From NCBI GenBank assembly GCA_964413495.1, contig CAYPRW010000006.1:15603-79602 (forward strand): 64,000 bases of DNA, written 5' to 3'. The notes under the pieces are model-generated. The model was given only the letters and a program-made list of their open reading frames with translations, was not told where the DNA came from and made no database searches. Made by a program: the position numbers and the translations under genes. This document shows, in pieces, positions 29,548-39,459 of the stretch (position 1 is the first letter of the stretch; every line of letters starts with the position of its first letter). This DNA comes from an uncultured Stakelama sp. (lineage in GTDB: Bacteria; Pseudomonadota; Alphaproteobacteria; Sphingomonadales; Sphingomonadaceae).

Positions 29548-30375
29548 ATGGCCATGTTTGCAATCCGGCATCTGCCGGCGCTGATCGCGCTGGTCGCGCC
29601 TACGATCGCGACCGCGCAGGTCGTTCAGCCGGCACCGCCCGCCCGCACCGCGCCGGTCGCGGGCGCGCCCGGCGAACGCGACAGCTATGTGCTGGGCAAG
29701 GGTGATACGGTCGAGGTATCGGTGCTGGGTCGCAGCGATTATTCGGCCAAGGTGCAGATCCAGGACGACGGCAATATCGCCCTGCCCTACATCAATGCCG
29801 TCCCGGCGGCCGGGCTGACCGTGCTGCAGCTGCGTGACAATATCGCACGCAGCCTGCAATCGGGCGGCTATTTCACCAATCCGGCGGTGAACGTGGCGGT
29901 GACCGGGTTCGGCAGCCGATATGTCACCGTGCTCGGCCAGGTGCGCACGCCCGGCGTCGTCGCGATCGACCGCGAATATCGGCTGTCCGAGATCATCGCG
30001 CGGTCCGGCGGCGTCGCCGCGCCGGAAATCGACGTCATCACCATCACCCGCGCCGACGGCACCTCCACCGACGTGTCGCTCAGCGCCATCGCCACCGGCG
30101 GCCCGGCCGCCGATCCGGTGGTCCGCGATGGCGACAAGGTGTTCGTCTCGCCCTCCAAGACCTTCTATATCTATGGTCAGGTCAACGCGCCCGGCGTGTT
30201 CCCGGTGGTGCCCAACATGACGATCCGCATGGCGGTTGCCCGCGCCGGCGGCCTGACGGCGCTGGGTTCGGAAAAGCGCATCAAGCTGATCCGCGGCGAG
30301 GCCGAGACCAAGCCCAGCTTGACCGAAGCGTTGCGGCCGGGCGACGTGCTGGTCGTCGGCGAACGCTTCTTCTGA
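29548..30375 (+). CDS. Polysaccharide export protein (OPX, Poly_export + SLBB; SpsD/GelD-like)
   Basis: YVLGKGD, DGNIALPYI, VLGQVRTPG, YGQVNAPG, LRPGDVLVV; GGAGG RBS; Sec signal without lipobox. Confidence 0.9.
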   Translation: MAMFAIRHLPALIALVAPTIATAQVVQPAPPARTAPVAGAPGERDSYVLGKGDTVEVSVLGRSDYSAKVQIQDDGNIALPYINAVPAAGLTVLQLRDNIARSLQSGGYFTNPAVNVAVTGFGSRYVTVLGQVRTPGVVAIDREYRLSEIIARSGGVAAPEIDVITITRADGTSTDVSLSAIATGGPAADPVVRDGDKVFVSPSKTFYIYGQVNAPGVFPVVPNMTIRMAVARAGGLTALGSEKRIKLIRGEAETKPSLTEALRPGDVLVVGERFF

Positions 30376-30388
30376 GGATACCGGTCCT

Positions 30389-31717
30389 ATGAACCCGATG
30401 ACGATCTGGCGGATGCTGCTCGCCCGTCGCGCGCTGATCTTCACGCTCATCCTGCTGGGTGGCGTCGGCGGGATCCTGGTGGCCAAGATCATGCCCAATT
30501 ATTATCAGGCGAGCGCGCGGCTGCTGGTCGACTCGCTCAAGCCTGATCCGGTGACCAACGAAGCATTGCCGCCGCGAACGGTCGATTCCTACATTCGGAC
30601 CCAGGCGGAACTGATCCGCGACTATCGCGTGACGGGCGCGGTGGTCGACGGCTTCGGATGGACGAAGTCGCCGGATCTTCAGGCGGCCTATGCCAACCGC
30701 ACCGGCGGCGAGGATCTCAACATCCGCCAATGGCTGGCCAAGCGCGTCGGCGATGGCACTAACGCCTATATGGACGGGACGCAGCCGATCCTGGTCATCT
30801 CCTACACCGCTCTGTCGCCCGACGTGGCACGACGCACGGTCGAGATGCTGCGAAGCGCGCTGATCGAGCAGACGATCGGCGCCAAGCGGCAGACCGCCGC
30901 CCAGAATGCGCGCTGGTTCAACCAGCAGACCGAACAGCTCAAGGCCAAGCTTGCCGCCGCGGAGGCGCGCAAGGCCGATTTTGAAAAGGCCAACGGGATC
31001 ATCCTGGGCGACGACAATATCGATGCCGAATCGGCAAAGCTGCGCGCATTGGCCGGCGCGGCGGTGGTGCCTCCCACGCCCGCCATGCCGGCCATGCCGG
31101 TGACGGCGCCGTCCCAGGGACAGCTGGCCGGAATCGAGGCGCAACTCGCCACCGCGCGCGCATCGCTCGGGCCCAATCACCCGGAAATCCAGGCGCTGGA
31201 GCGTCAGCGCGCGGCGCTGGCCGCGGCGGTCTCGCGCGAACTGGCGGCCGGCCGCGCCGCCGGCGCGCCGCGCGCCACCGGGCCTTCGATCGCCAGCCAG
31301 TATAATCAACAGGTGCAAAAGGTGCTGGCGCAGCGCGGCCTGATCGGCCAGGCCCAGCGGCTTGCCGGCGAAGTCACCGTACTGCGCGAACAAGTCGCCA
31401 AGACCGCGCAGCGCGCGGCGGATTTCGAGCTTCAGTCGCAGACCACCGAATCGGGTTTCCAGTCGATCGGTCCGGTGGCGACGCCGGCCGAGCCGCTATC
31501 GCCGCCGACCTGGCTGTTCATCGCCGGCGGGCTTGCGGTGGGCGCGGCCCTGGGCCTGGCGCTGGCGCTGCTGCTCGAATTCATCTTCCGCCGCGTGCGT
31601 GGCGAGGAAGACCTGATGCTGGAGAACGCCCCGGTGATCGGCACGATGGCCACTCCGATGCGGGCCTCACGCGGCCTGTTGTCCTGGTTGCGGCTGAACG
31701 AGAAGACGGTGCCATGA
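30389..31717 (+). CDS. Polysaccharide co-polymerase (Wzz/GumC; SpsC/GelC-like)
   Basis: Two TM segments flanking coiled coil; YQASARLLV, LGPNHPEI, TPAEPLSP. Confidence 0.85.
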   Translation: MNPMTIWRMLLARRALIFTLILLGGVGGILVAKIMPNYYQASARLLVDSLKPDPVTNEALPPRTVDSYIRTQAELIRDYRVTGAVVDGFGWTKSPDLQAAYANRTGGEDLNIRQWLAKRVGDGTNAYMDGTQPILVISYTALSPDVARRTVEMLRSALIEQTIGAKRQTAAQNARWFNQQTEQLKAKLAAAEARKADFEKANGIILGDDNIDAESAKLRALAGAAVVPPTPAMPAMPVTAPSQGQLAGIEAQLATARASLGPNHPEIQALERQRAALAAAVSRELAAGRAAGAPRATGPSIASQYNQQVQKVLAQRGLIGQAQRLAGEVTVLREQVAKTAQRAADFELQSQTTESGFQSIGPVATPAEPLSPPTWLFIAGGLAVGAALGLALALLLEFIFRRVRGEEDLMLENAPVIGTMATPMRASRGLLSWLRLNEKTVP

Positions 31718-32418
31718 ACGAGACTGTTTCAGCCGACGCGCGTCCCGCAGCGGCGACGACCACCGCGGCGGCGGTGGAGCCCTATCATTTCTCGCGCCGG
31801 ATCGTCTGCCTGTCCGACCCCGACGGGGAAGGCACGGAGAGCATCCGGTCGTTGCGTGCGCATCTGCTTGCCGGGCATGTCCGCGACGGGCGGCGTTCGC
31901 TGGCGATCTGCGCGCCGACCGCTGGCGTGGGGTCGACATTCGTGGCCGTCAATCTGGCGGTCGCCTTTGCGCAATCCGGGCTCAACACGCTGCTGGTCGA
32001 TGCCAATCTCGATGATCCGGGCGTGCATGTCTATATCCAGCCGCAGACGCCTGTTATCGGCCTTGCCCGCATGCTGACCGATGCCGAGGATGCGTCGATG
32101 GACGGGGTGCGGCGTGACGTGCTGCCCAATCTGTCGATCCTTTATGCCGGCGACCGATCGCGGCGCAGTTCCGAATTGCTGGCCAGCCGGCAGTTCAAGA
32201 CCGTGCTCGACGATTGCATGCGCGATTTCGACCTCACCATCATCGATGCGCCGACCGAGCGGGGCTATGCCGACACGCGCCGCGTCGCCACCACCGCGCG
32301 CCATGCGATGATCGTCGCGCGCCGCGACAAGACATTCCTGTCCGAAGTCCGCGAGTTGGCGGATCACTTGACGGCGGATCGCGTCAAGACGGTCGGAACG
32401 TTCCTGACCGATTTCTGA
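31714..32418 (+). CDS. CpsD/CapB tyrosine-kinase-like protein (SpsE/GelE-like), Walker A Lys absent
   Basis: ESIRSLR, APTAGVGSTF, NLAVAFAQ, LLVDANL, TIIDAP. Confidence 0.85.
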   Translation: MNETVSADARPAAATTTAAAVEPYHFSRRIVCLSDPDGEGTESIRSLRAHLLAGHVRDGRRSLAICAPTAGVGSTFVAVNLAVAFAQSGLNTLLVDANLDDPGVHVYIQPQTPVIGLARMLTDAEDASMDGVRRDVLPNLSILYAGDRSRRSSELLASRQFKTVLDDCMRDFDLTIIDAPTERGYADTRRVATTARHAMIVARRDKTFLSEVRELADHLTADRVKTVGTFLTDF

Positions 32419-32467
32419 TCGGCGGCAGGCGTCGCGCCGGGGCGGATGCCCCGATCCCGCCGCAGGT

Positions 32468-33820
32468 TCAGCCGCGCGCCGCCTTCGACCGCATCTTCGG
32501 CAGCACGGTATCCTGCATCAGGCGCAGCCACAGATACTGCGCGACGCCGTCGTCGACAAAGCCATAGGCACCGTTCGGATCGTCCGGAATCGGCGCGATC
32601 AGGCCGAATTCGTTGCGCAGCAGGTGGAGATATTCGTCGGCGGCAAGCGGCGTCTCGACCGCATCCCTGACCGCGCCGTGCGTCAACCTGCCGCTGTGCT
32701 GCAACGCGATCCGCGCGAGCATGCCCATTTCGCGGTTGCGGTGCGAATCGGTCGCGCGGGCGATCTGATGGCGCGCGCTTGGCGCCATGCGCAATTCGAT
32801 CTCGCCCAGCGCCGTCGCCAACGCCGCCTCGACATCGCCGAATTCCACCTCGGTCCGGTCGGCGTCGAGCGCGACCAGCCCGGCATGGTGGCTGATCAAG
32901 CTGGCAAGATAAGGCAGGCCAAGCACGATGTTGCAGATCACGTCGAGCGCGCCGGCGCCGAAATGGATGCCGCTGGCCGCCTCGCCATTGGCGATCAGTT
33001 CTTTGATCTCCTCGTCCGACATGTTGGGCAATTGCAGCCCCAGGATGTTGCGCCGGATCGAGGGGATATGCTCGATGATCTCGTTCAGATTCTGCGCGAC
33101 GCCGGCGATGACCAGTTGCACCCGGCTCGCCCGGTCGGACAGATTCTTGATCAGTTCGGCGACCGATCGCCGAAAACCGGCGTCCCCCGCGCGGTCGAAT
33201 TCGTCAAGCACGACCAACAGCCGCGTGCCCGACACCTTCGAGAACAGGTCGCTGACCATGGTGACCGTCAACGGCGCGTCCCCGACCAGATCCAGAAACG
33301 ACAGCCCTTCCTCGATCTCGTCCGACGTCGGATCATAATTCTCGTGATACAACAACGGCGTGTCGCGCAGGATCGATCGGAACATCTCGTCAAAGCTGGT
33401 GCGTTCGCCGCATGAATCGTAACGCACATGATAACGCGCCTCACGCGCGATATTGCACAGCACATGCAGCGTCGACGTCTTGCCGATCCCGCGGCTACCA
33501 AAGATCACGACGTGAAGCTGCTGGTCCTCGATCGAACTGATCAGTCCGCGCATCACCGCTTCGCGGCCGGCATACATCGCCGGTTCGACCACCGGGCGGG
33601 ACGGCGTGAACGCCTTGCGCAGTTTCAGGCGAACGACGTCGGAACGCCGGCCGCCGGGCCGCAGCTTGTCGATGGCGGTGCCGCGAAACCGGGGCAAGCC
33701 CGGCTTGCGCCGGCCGGCGGGCGCGGGAGGGGCAATTACCGGATCGCCCGCCTCCACGTCGGCGGCGGCCTCCGCTTCCTCGTCCGCAGCGCGCCGGAAC
33801 CAATTCGAGAACCAAGCCAT
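32468..33820 (-). CDS. P-loop AAA-type ATPase (possibly SpsJ/GelJ-like)
   Basis: AFTPSRP, YAGR, GSRGIGKTS, LVVLDEFD, GLPY. Confidence 0.8.
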   Translation of the reverse strand: MAWFSNWFRRAADEEAEAAADVEAGDPVIAPPAPAGRRKPGLPRFRGTAIDKLRPGGRRSDVVRLKLRKAFTPSRPVVEPAMYAGREAVMRGLISSIEDQQLHVVIFGSRGIGKTSTLHVLCNIAREARYHVRYDSCGERTSFDEMFRSILRDTPLLYHENYDPTSDEIEEGLSFLDLVGDAPLTVTMVSDLFSKVSGTRLLVVLDEFDRAGDAGFRRSVAELIKNLSDRASRVQLVIAGVAQNLNEIIEHIPSIRRNILGLQLPNMSDEEIKELIANGEAASGIHFGAGALDVICNIVLGLPYLASLISHHAGLVALDADRTEVEFGDVEAALATALGEIELRMAPSARHQIARATDSHRNREMGMLARIALQHSGRLTHGAVRDAVETPLAADEYLHLLRNEFGLIAPIPDDPNGAYGFVDDGVAQYLWLRLMQDTVLPKMRSKAARG

Positions 33821-33946
33821 GAAAGCCTCTCAGAAACGCGCGACCGCTCTCCAGCAAAATGGTGCGGCGCGCAAGATATCGTCGGTGCGGAATTGCCGTA
33901 AATGCAGATGCCGACGTCGCCTTCATCGCCGGCAGGCGGATCGGCC

Positions 33947-33986
33947 GCACGAAAAGGGCGCGGCTTGCACCGCGCCCTTTTCGTGC
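33947..33986. terminator. Bidirectional rho-independent terminator
   Basis: GCACGAAAAGGGCGCGG-CTTGCA-CCGCGCCCTTTTCGTGC perfect inverted repeat. Confidence 0.8.
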
Positions 33987-34010
33987 CCCGCATGTCCGCC
34001 TTGCAGGACC

Positions 34011-35957
34011 TTAAAGGTAGAAGTCCTTGGCGACGACGCTCGACACGCCCAGCAGCGCGATCGACAGGTCGGCGACACCGTCCCCATTGACGTCGCCCTC
34101 GACCAGGATTCCGCCCTTGATCGTCGAATAGCGCAGTTCGCCCGCAACCTTGCTGAACGCGCCGGCGCCGATGAACCGGAACCCGTCGTCCTTCGCCGTC
34201 GCGGTGTTGGCGTCGATCAGCGAGAGCGCGATGCGGTCGCCTTCGGCGGCATTGAAGTCGGTGATCGTGTCGCGCCCGCCCAGGTCGCCCTGGCGATAAT
34301 AGAAATTGTCCTTGCCCGCGCCGCCCGTCAGCAGATCCGCCCCGGCGCCGCCTTCCAGCCAATCATCCCCCTCGCCGCCGCTCAGCCGATCGTCGCCAAG
34401 GTCGCCCAGCAGCTTGTCGTTGCCGCGCCCGCCGATCAGGACGTCAAGCCCTTCGCCCCCGGACAGCTGATCGTCGCCATCGCCGCCGTCGAGCATGTCG
34501 TCGCCGCCCATGCCCATCAGCGAATCGACGCCGGCCTCGCCGAACATGGTGTCCCGACCTTCCGAACCAACTATCCGGTTATCGCCGGCATTGCCGTGGA
34601 CGGTCAGGTTGCTTGCCGAAAGGCGCAGCTGTTCCACATGATCGGTCAGCGTATAATCGATCGTCGTATAGACGGTGTCGTTCCCGCCGCCGTCCTTCTC
34701 GATCACGAAATCGCGTGAGGCGTTGACATAATAGATGTCGTTGCCGTTGCCGCCGTCCATATGGGTCTTGCCCGCGCCGCCGGTGAATTGGTCGTTGCCT
34801 TCACCGCCGACCAGCACGAAATCGCCGATCTTGCCGGCTTTGAGCCGATCGGCACCGTCGGTGCCGTCGATGGTGGTGAATTTGGGCGCCTCGACCACGG
34901 GCATCGCCTGCACGATGCTGGCAACCTGCTCCAGCGCGAGGTTGGATGAAGTCGAGATCCGCTGCGCCAGCGCCGGGCTTTGATGCTCGGCCAGCCAGTC
35001 GACCAGGATCGCACGGCCGTTATCCACCACCGGTGCGAGATATTCATTGCCCGCCGGCAGCCCCACATTGGTGCGATCGAGGATATAGGTTTCCGCCTTG
35101 TTGCCGCTGACGACATCCGCGCCGCTGACATAGATCCAGGAATCCTGGTCGCCGATGCTGCCCACGGTGTTGTTGGTCACTTGCAGCTGTTCGGCGCTGG
35201 CGACCGAAATGCCGCTATACATGCCGCCGATCACGACATTCCCGTCGATCACGACGTTCTGATAGGGCAGGCCCGCCTCGTCGCCCATGAAGATGCCCTG
35301 GATCGCGCCGCCATCACCGCGCAGGATGACATTGTCGGTGATGACGATGTTCTTCGCGCTGGCCGTCTCGCCGGTGGTCCAGAACTGGATCGCATCGGGA
35401 TGGTCGCCCGCGACGGGCGAGAAATCCGTGAAGAGATTGCCCGAGATCGTGACGTTCGAATTGCCGCCCCCGCGAATGCCGTCGGTGCGGATGTCGTGCA
35501 GATAGTTATTGGTCAGCGTGATGCCGTCACTGTTCAGCATTGCGATGCCGTAACGGACATTGGTTATCTCCGAATTGGTGACGGAGACGTTGCTGCTGTC
35601 GCGGATCATGAACGGCTTGGCCGTCAATTCGCCGGTTTCGGTGCCCTGGATCAGCACATGGTCGAAATGAATGTCGCTCGATTCCCTGATCAGGAAATCA
35701 TATGCGACGTCAGGCGTCTTGTCGGTAAGGACCAGGTTCGAGAAGGTCAACCCTTCCGCACCCCGCATCCGCAGGCCGGTCAGTTCGGCCGGCGCGGACA
35801 CGTCGAGCGACGTGATCGTAAGACCACCGGCAAACTTGAAATTGCTCAGCGTGATGTCACCGTAAGAGCCGCTTGCCAGTTTGATGGTATCACCGCCGGC
35901 AGCTTTCTTGACGGCATTCATCAATTCTGCCGCATTCGAAACGATATATTCGCTCAT
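34011..35957 (-). CDS. Right-handed beta-helix protein with C-terminal RTX repeats; polysaccharide lyase-like (SpsR/GelR-like), likely T1SS substrate
   Basis: GGDTIKLASGSYG, TDGIRGGG, HPDAIQFW; many GGxGxDxLx repeats; C-terminal DTITDF...GDVNGDGVAD...DFYL. Confidence 0.85.
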   Translation of the reverse strand: MSEYIVSNAAELMNAVKKAAGGDTIKLASGSYGDITLSNFKFAGGLTITSLDVSAPAELTGLRMRGAEGLTFSNLVLTDKTPDVAYDFLIRESSDIHFDHVLIQGTETGELTAKPFMIRDSSNVSVTNSEITNVRYGIAMLNSDGITLTNNYLHDIRTDGIRGGGNSNVTISGNLFTDFSPVAGDHPDAIQFWTTGETASAKNIVITDNVILRGDGGAIQGIFMGDEAGLPYQNVVIDGNVVIGGMYSGISVASAEQLQVTNNTVGSIGDQDSWIYVSGADVVSGNKAETYILDRTNVGLPAGNEYLAPVVDNGRAILVDWLAEHQSPALAQRISTSSNLALEQVASIVQAMPVVEAPKFTTIDGTDGADRLKAGKIGDFVLVGGEGNDQFTGGAGKTHMDGGNGNDIYYVNASRDFVIEKDGGGNDTVYTTIDYTLTDHVEQLRLSASNLTVHGNAGDNRIVGSEGRDTMFGEAGVDSLMGMGGDDMLDGGDGDDQLSGGEGLDVLIGGRGNDKLLGDLGDDRLSGGEGDDWLEGGAGADLLTGGAGKDNFYYRQGDLGGRDTITDFNAAEGDRIALSLIDANTATAKDDGFRFIGAGAFSKVAGELRYSTIKGGILVEGDVNGDGVADLSIALLGVSSVVAKDFYL

Positions 35958-36243
35958 GCCCCGCCTCTGTTTAACCCCGTGGCAGAACCCTGCTTTCCGC
36001 CACCCGCAGGACCATGTTATTATTGTCCAACCACTAACTTGTGTTTGGCATCGCTGGTTAATCCGCAGGAAACCACGGTCCGTGCCGCGTGCCGGCCTGA
36101 CGCGGTCTGAAGACGTTTTGAGGAATATGTCTGGTAGCGCGGTCGGCAGCCATTGGCGGGCAGGCGGCTGGTCCCGCATCCGCAATGGCATTGGCAATGG
36201 CCGGGCGGGGCACTAGATCGGCAGGATCGCAAACGAGGGTGCC

Positions 36244-37419
36244 ATGCCACGAACAGCGTTTCGCCACGCGATCATCGTCAACGGCTGCATGGCGGTTGCA
36301 CTGGGCGCCTGTTCGGCCGCCCCCGCATCCGATTCGCCGCGGGGCCGGGAATATCGGGTCGCGACGGCCGCCGAACTGACCCGCGCCCTTGCCGATCCGG
36401 CGCCCGGCACCGTCATCCGGCTGGCACCGGGCGACTATGGCGCCGTGGTGTTGAGCCGGAAACATACGCCGGAGGCGCTGAGGGCGGGGCTGACATTGAC
36501 CTCGGCCGACCCCGCCAATCCCGCGCGCCTGGCCGAACTTGCCATCAACGGCGCGACGGGCCTGACCGTCCGTAACCTGCGCGTAGGCTGCTCCGCGACG
36601 ATCCAGCCCTGCGCCATGTACCTGCTATCGGTCACCAATTCGAGCGCCGTCACGCTGCAGGGCGTGCGCCTCACCGGAATCGGCGGGGGCGAGCGCGGGC
36701 GGCAATATGGCGTTTTCATCCGCGGCAGCCAGAATATCAAGCTGGTCGACAGCAGCGTCACGGCAACCCGCTATGGGGTCGGCATGCTGGACGATCGGGC
36801 GGTGACGATCATCGGCAATGAATTCCAGGGACTGCAGACCGACGGCATCCGTGGCGGCGGCGTCAGCGACCTGCTGGTCGCCGAGAATATTCTGGGCGGC
36901 TTCACGCCAAAGCCCAAGGAACATCCCGACGGCATCCAGCTATGGTCGACCGGCCAGTCCGAGCCCGGAAGGCGGATCACCATCCGCGACAACCTGATCG
37001 TGCGCGGCGAGGGTGGAATCATTCAGGGCATCTTCGTGCGCGACACCAATCGCCAGCTGCCGTTCGAGGATCTTAAGATCACCGGCAATCTGGTGATCGG
37101 GGCGATGTATAACGGCGTCGCGGCAGCCGGGGTCAGGGGCGGCGAGATTTCCGACAATAGCGTCTTCGCCTATCCCGACATGAAATCCTATATCGTGTTG
37201 CGCGATGGCCAGGGGGTGAGGTTCAGCGGCAATCGCGCGATGCTGTTCCTGTTTCCCGACCGCAAGCCCGACGACATGTCGGACAACCGGGAAATCTCGC
37301 GGCTCCGGCAGGGCGATCTGGCCGCGATCGACGGCTGGCTTCGCGCCCGGCCCGCAATCGCCGGGCGCGGCGGACGCTTCCTCAGGGAACTGACGGGTAA
37401 GGCATCGGCCACGCGCTGA
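36244..37419 (+). CDS. Right-handed beta-helix lipoprotein, paralogue of the adjacent RTX protein's N-domain
   Basis: Lipobox-like VALGAC; PGTVIRLAPGDYG, TDGIRGGG, HPDGIQLW, IQGIF, GAMYNG. Confidence 0.8.
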   Translation: MPRTAFRHAIIVNGCMAVALGACSAAPASDSPRGREYRVATAAELTRALADPAPGTVIRLAPGDYGAVVLSRKHTPEALRAGLTLTSADPANPARLAELAINGATGLTVRNLRVGCSATIQPCAMYLLSVTNSSAVTLQGVRLTGIGGGERGRQYGVFIRGSQNIKLVDSSVTATRYGVGMLDDRAVTIIGNEFQGLQTDGIRGGGVSDLLVAENILGGFTPKPKEHPDGIQLWSTGQSEPGRRITIRDNLIVRGEGGIIQGIFVRDTNRQLPFEDLKITGNLVIGAMYNGVAAAGVRGGEISDNSVFAYPDMKSYIVLRDGQGVRFSGNRAMLFLFPDRKPDDMSDNREISRLRQGDLAAIDGWLRARPAIAGRGGRFLRELTGKASATR

Positions 37420-37425
37420 TACCGG

Positions 37426-39378
37426 TCATTTCGTCGCGCCGGCCGACAGGATATCGCGCAGCTGGCCGGTCAGCAGCGCCGATCCCACCAGGGTCAGGTG
37501 CGTTTCGTCCATGAAGACCGCACCCTCCGCAACCCGGCTTCGGCAACGGGCGCCGTCACAGAACGCACCATGCGCGCTGACCACCACAAGCTTGGGATCG
37601 TCCGCGGGCAGGCCGTTCAGGATCGTGGCGGACACCTGCCGCTGCAGCGTGGCGGCGCGACGCGAATCAAAGCTGTCGCACCGCGAACCGTCCCAGCCGT
37701 TGAACTGCGCGGTCCGCTGGCACACGAACGGATCGCTGGGCGGCGAGGGAATTTCGTTGAAGATCACCACGGTGATCCCGCGTGCGCGCATCGCCGCAAC
37801 GGCGCGCGCGATGCTGGCCGATGCAAAGCGCAACGATTGTGCCGTCGTAGCGGATGCGCGGTCCGACACCAGGATCTCGCCATTGACGATCTTTTCCCAG
37901 CGCGCGGCGATCAGCACCGTGCGGACCGCCGGATCGCCCAGGATGGCGTCGAGCGCGGCGGCATTGAACGCGCCGCATTCGCGCCGCAACGGATTGCGCG
38001 GCAGATAGTCGCCGCCCGGAAAGGGCGGGCAGCCCGCCTTGGTGATTTGGCGAATGCCCACGCCACGTTCCTTGCCCAGCGCGTCGAGCGCGGCGGCAAG
38101 CTGTGCCGCGTGCGAATCGCCCCACAAGATCACGTCGGGCTGCGATGCGCGGCCCAGGATGCATTCGCCCGGCGCGGGGATGGCGCCGCCCAGCTTCAGG
38201 CAGGGCGAGCGATTGAACCGCGCCAATTCGCCGCTGGTCGCGTCGGCCACGCGTGCCGCCTCAGCGTTGCGAAATGCCATGCCGTTGGTGGCAAGCGCGG
38301 TGAGCGACACCGCGCCGAGCAGGGCGGCAGACACGCCCGCCAGCGCGAAAAGCCGGTGCCGTCCGATCGCGCCCCGGCGCCTGAACGGGGTTTCGACGCA
38401 GTGATAGGAAAGCGACGCAAGCGCGAAGGACGCGGCAACGCAGATCAGCGGCGTCCACGGTCCGAACTCGAAAAGCTCCCAATAACGGGCAAAGACGATG
38501 ACCGGCCAATGCCACAGGTAAAGCGAATAAGAGATGCGGCCGACATAGACGACCCCGCGGTTCGAGAGCAGCCGGCCGACGCTGGTATGTTCGGCAAGGC
38601 CGATGATGAGCACCGAACCGAGTGTCGGCGGGATCGCGGCCAGGCCGGGAAAGGGCGTCTGCGCAGTGTACAGGAAGCACGGCACGATCAGCAGCGCCAG
38701 CGCGACGAGCGACAACGGGCCCGCGAACGGTTTGAGCCTTGCCGTGGGGAAGATGCCGGCGGCGAGCAGCGCGCCCAGCATCAATTCCCATGCGCGGGTG
38801 AAGGGCAGATAGAAATTGAAGGCCGGCGCCCGGCTGGTCGCCCAGATGCTCAGCACGAACGAGGCGACGGTAAGGCCGATCAGGACCGGCCGGGTCGCCC
38901 GCCTGGCCCTGGTCAGCGCCGCCAGGATCAGCGGGAAGACGATGTAGAATTGTTCCTCGACCGCCAGCGACCAGCTATGCAGCAACGGTTGCAGTTCAGC
39001 GGTGGGCGCGAAATAGCCGGCCTCGCGAAAGAACAGGATGTTGGATGCGAAGGCAAGCGTCGCGACGACGCCTTTCGACAGCCGGATCAGATCGAGGTTC
39101 GACAAGATCAACGCAAACGCCGCGAAGGTGACGCTGAGCATCACGAACAGCGCCGGGAAGATGCGCCGCACCCGCCGCTCGTAAAAGCCGACCAGCGACA
39201 GCCGCCCGCCCTCCATCTCCTGAAGCAGCCCCTTGCCGATGAGGAAGCCCGAAATGACGAAGAAGACGTCGACGCCGACATAGCCGCCGGAAAACGGACC
39301 CAATCCGGCGTGGAACAGGACGACGGATACGACCGCGATCGCGCGCAACCCGTCTATATCGGCCCTGTAGCGCAACAT
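37426..39378 (-). CDS. OafA-type acyltransferase 3 with C-terminal SGNH domain
   Basis: YRADIDGLRAIAV, GVDVFFVISG, HSWSLAVEEQFY, GDSHA, DETH. Confidence 0.93.
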   Translation of the reverse strand: MLRYRADIDGLRAIAVVSVVLFHAGLGPFSGGYVGVDVFFVISGFLIGKGLLQEMEGGRLSLVGFYERRVRRIFPALFVMLSVTFAAFALILSNLDLIRLSKGVVATLAFASNILFFREAGYFAPTAELQPLLHSWSLAVEEQFYIVFPLILAALTRARRATRPVLIGLTVASFVLSIWATSRAPAFNFYLPFTRAWELMLGALLAAGIFPTARLKPFAGPLSLVALALLIVPCFLYTAQTPFPGLAAIPPTLGSVLIIGLAEHTSVGRLLSNRGVVYVGRISYSLYLWHWPVIVFARYWELFEFGPWTPLICVAASFALASLSYHCVETPFRRRGAIGRHRLFALAGVSAALLGAVSLTALATNGMAFRNAEAARVADATSGELARFNRSPCLKLGGAIPAPGECILGRASQPDVILWGDSHAAQLAAALDALGKERGVGIRQITKAGCPPFPGGDYLPRNPLRRECGAFNAAALDAILGDPAVRTVLIAARWEKIVNGEILVSDRASATTAQSLRFASASIARAVAAMRARGITVVIFNEIPSPPSDPFVCQRTAQFNGWDGSRCDSFDSRRAATLQRQVSATILNGLPADDPKLVVVSAHGAFCDGARCRSRVAEGAVFMDETHLTLVGSALLTGQLRDILSAGATK

Positions 39379-39459
39379 TCCCGTCCCCCCAAGCACGCGC
39401 CCGGACGGGCGATCGGCATTTCCCGGCGATCGGCGGCGCGATCCCGCGCCGGTTCGCCT

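Noticed and set aside
36225..36247. Sigma-54 promoter on the minus strand (TGGCAC...TTGC)
   Set aside because: GG-to-GC spacing is 11 rather than the required 10
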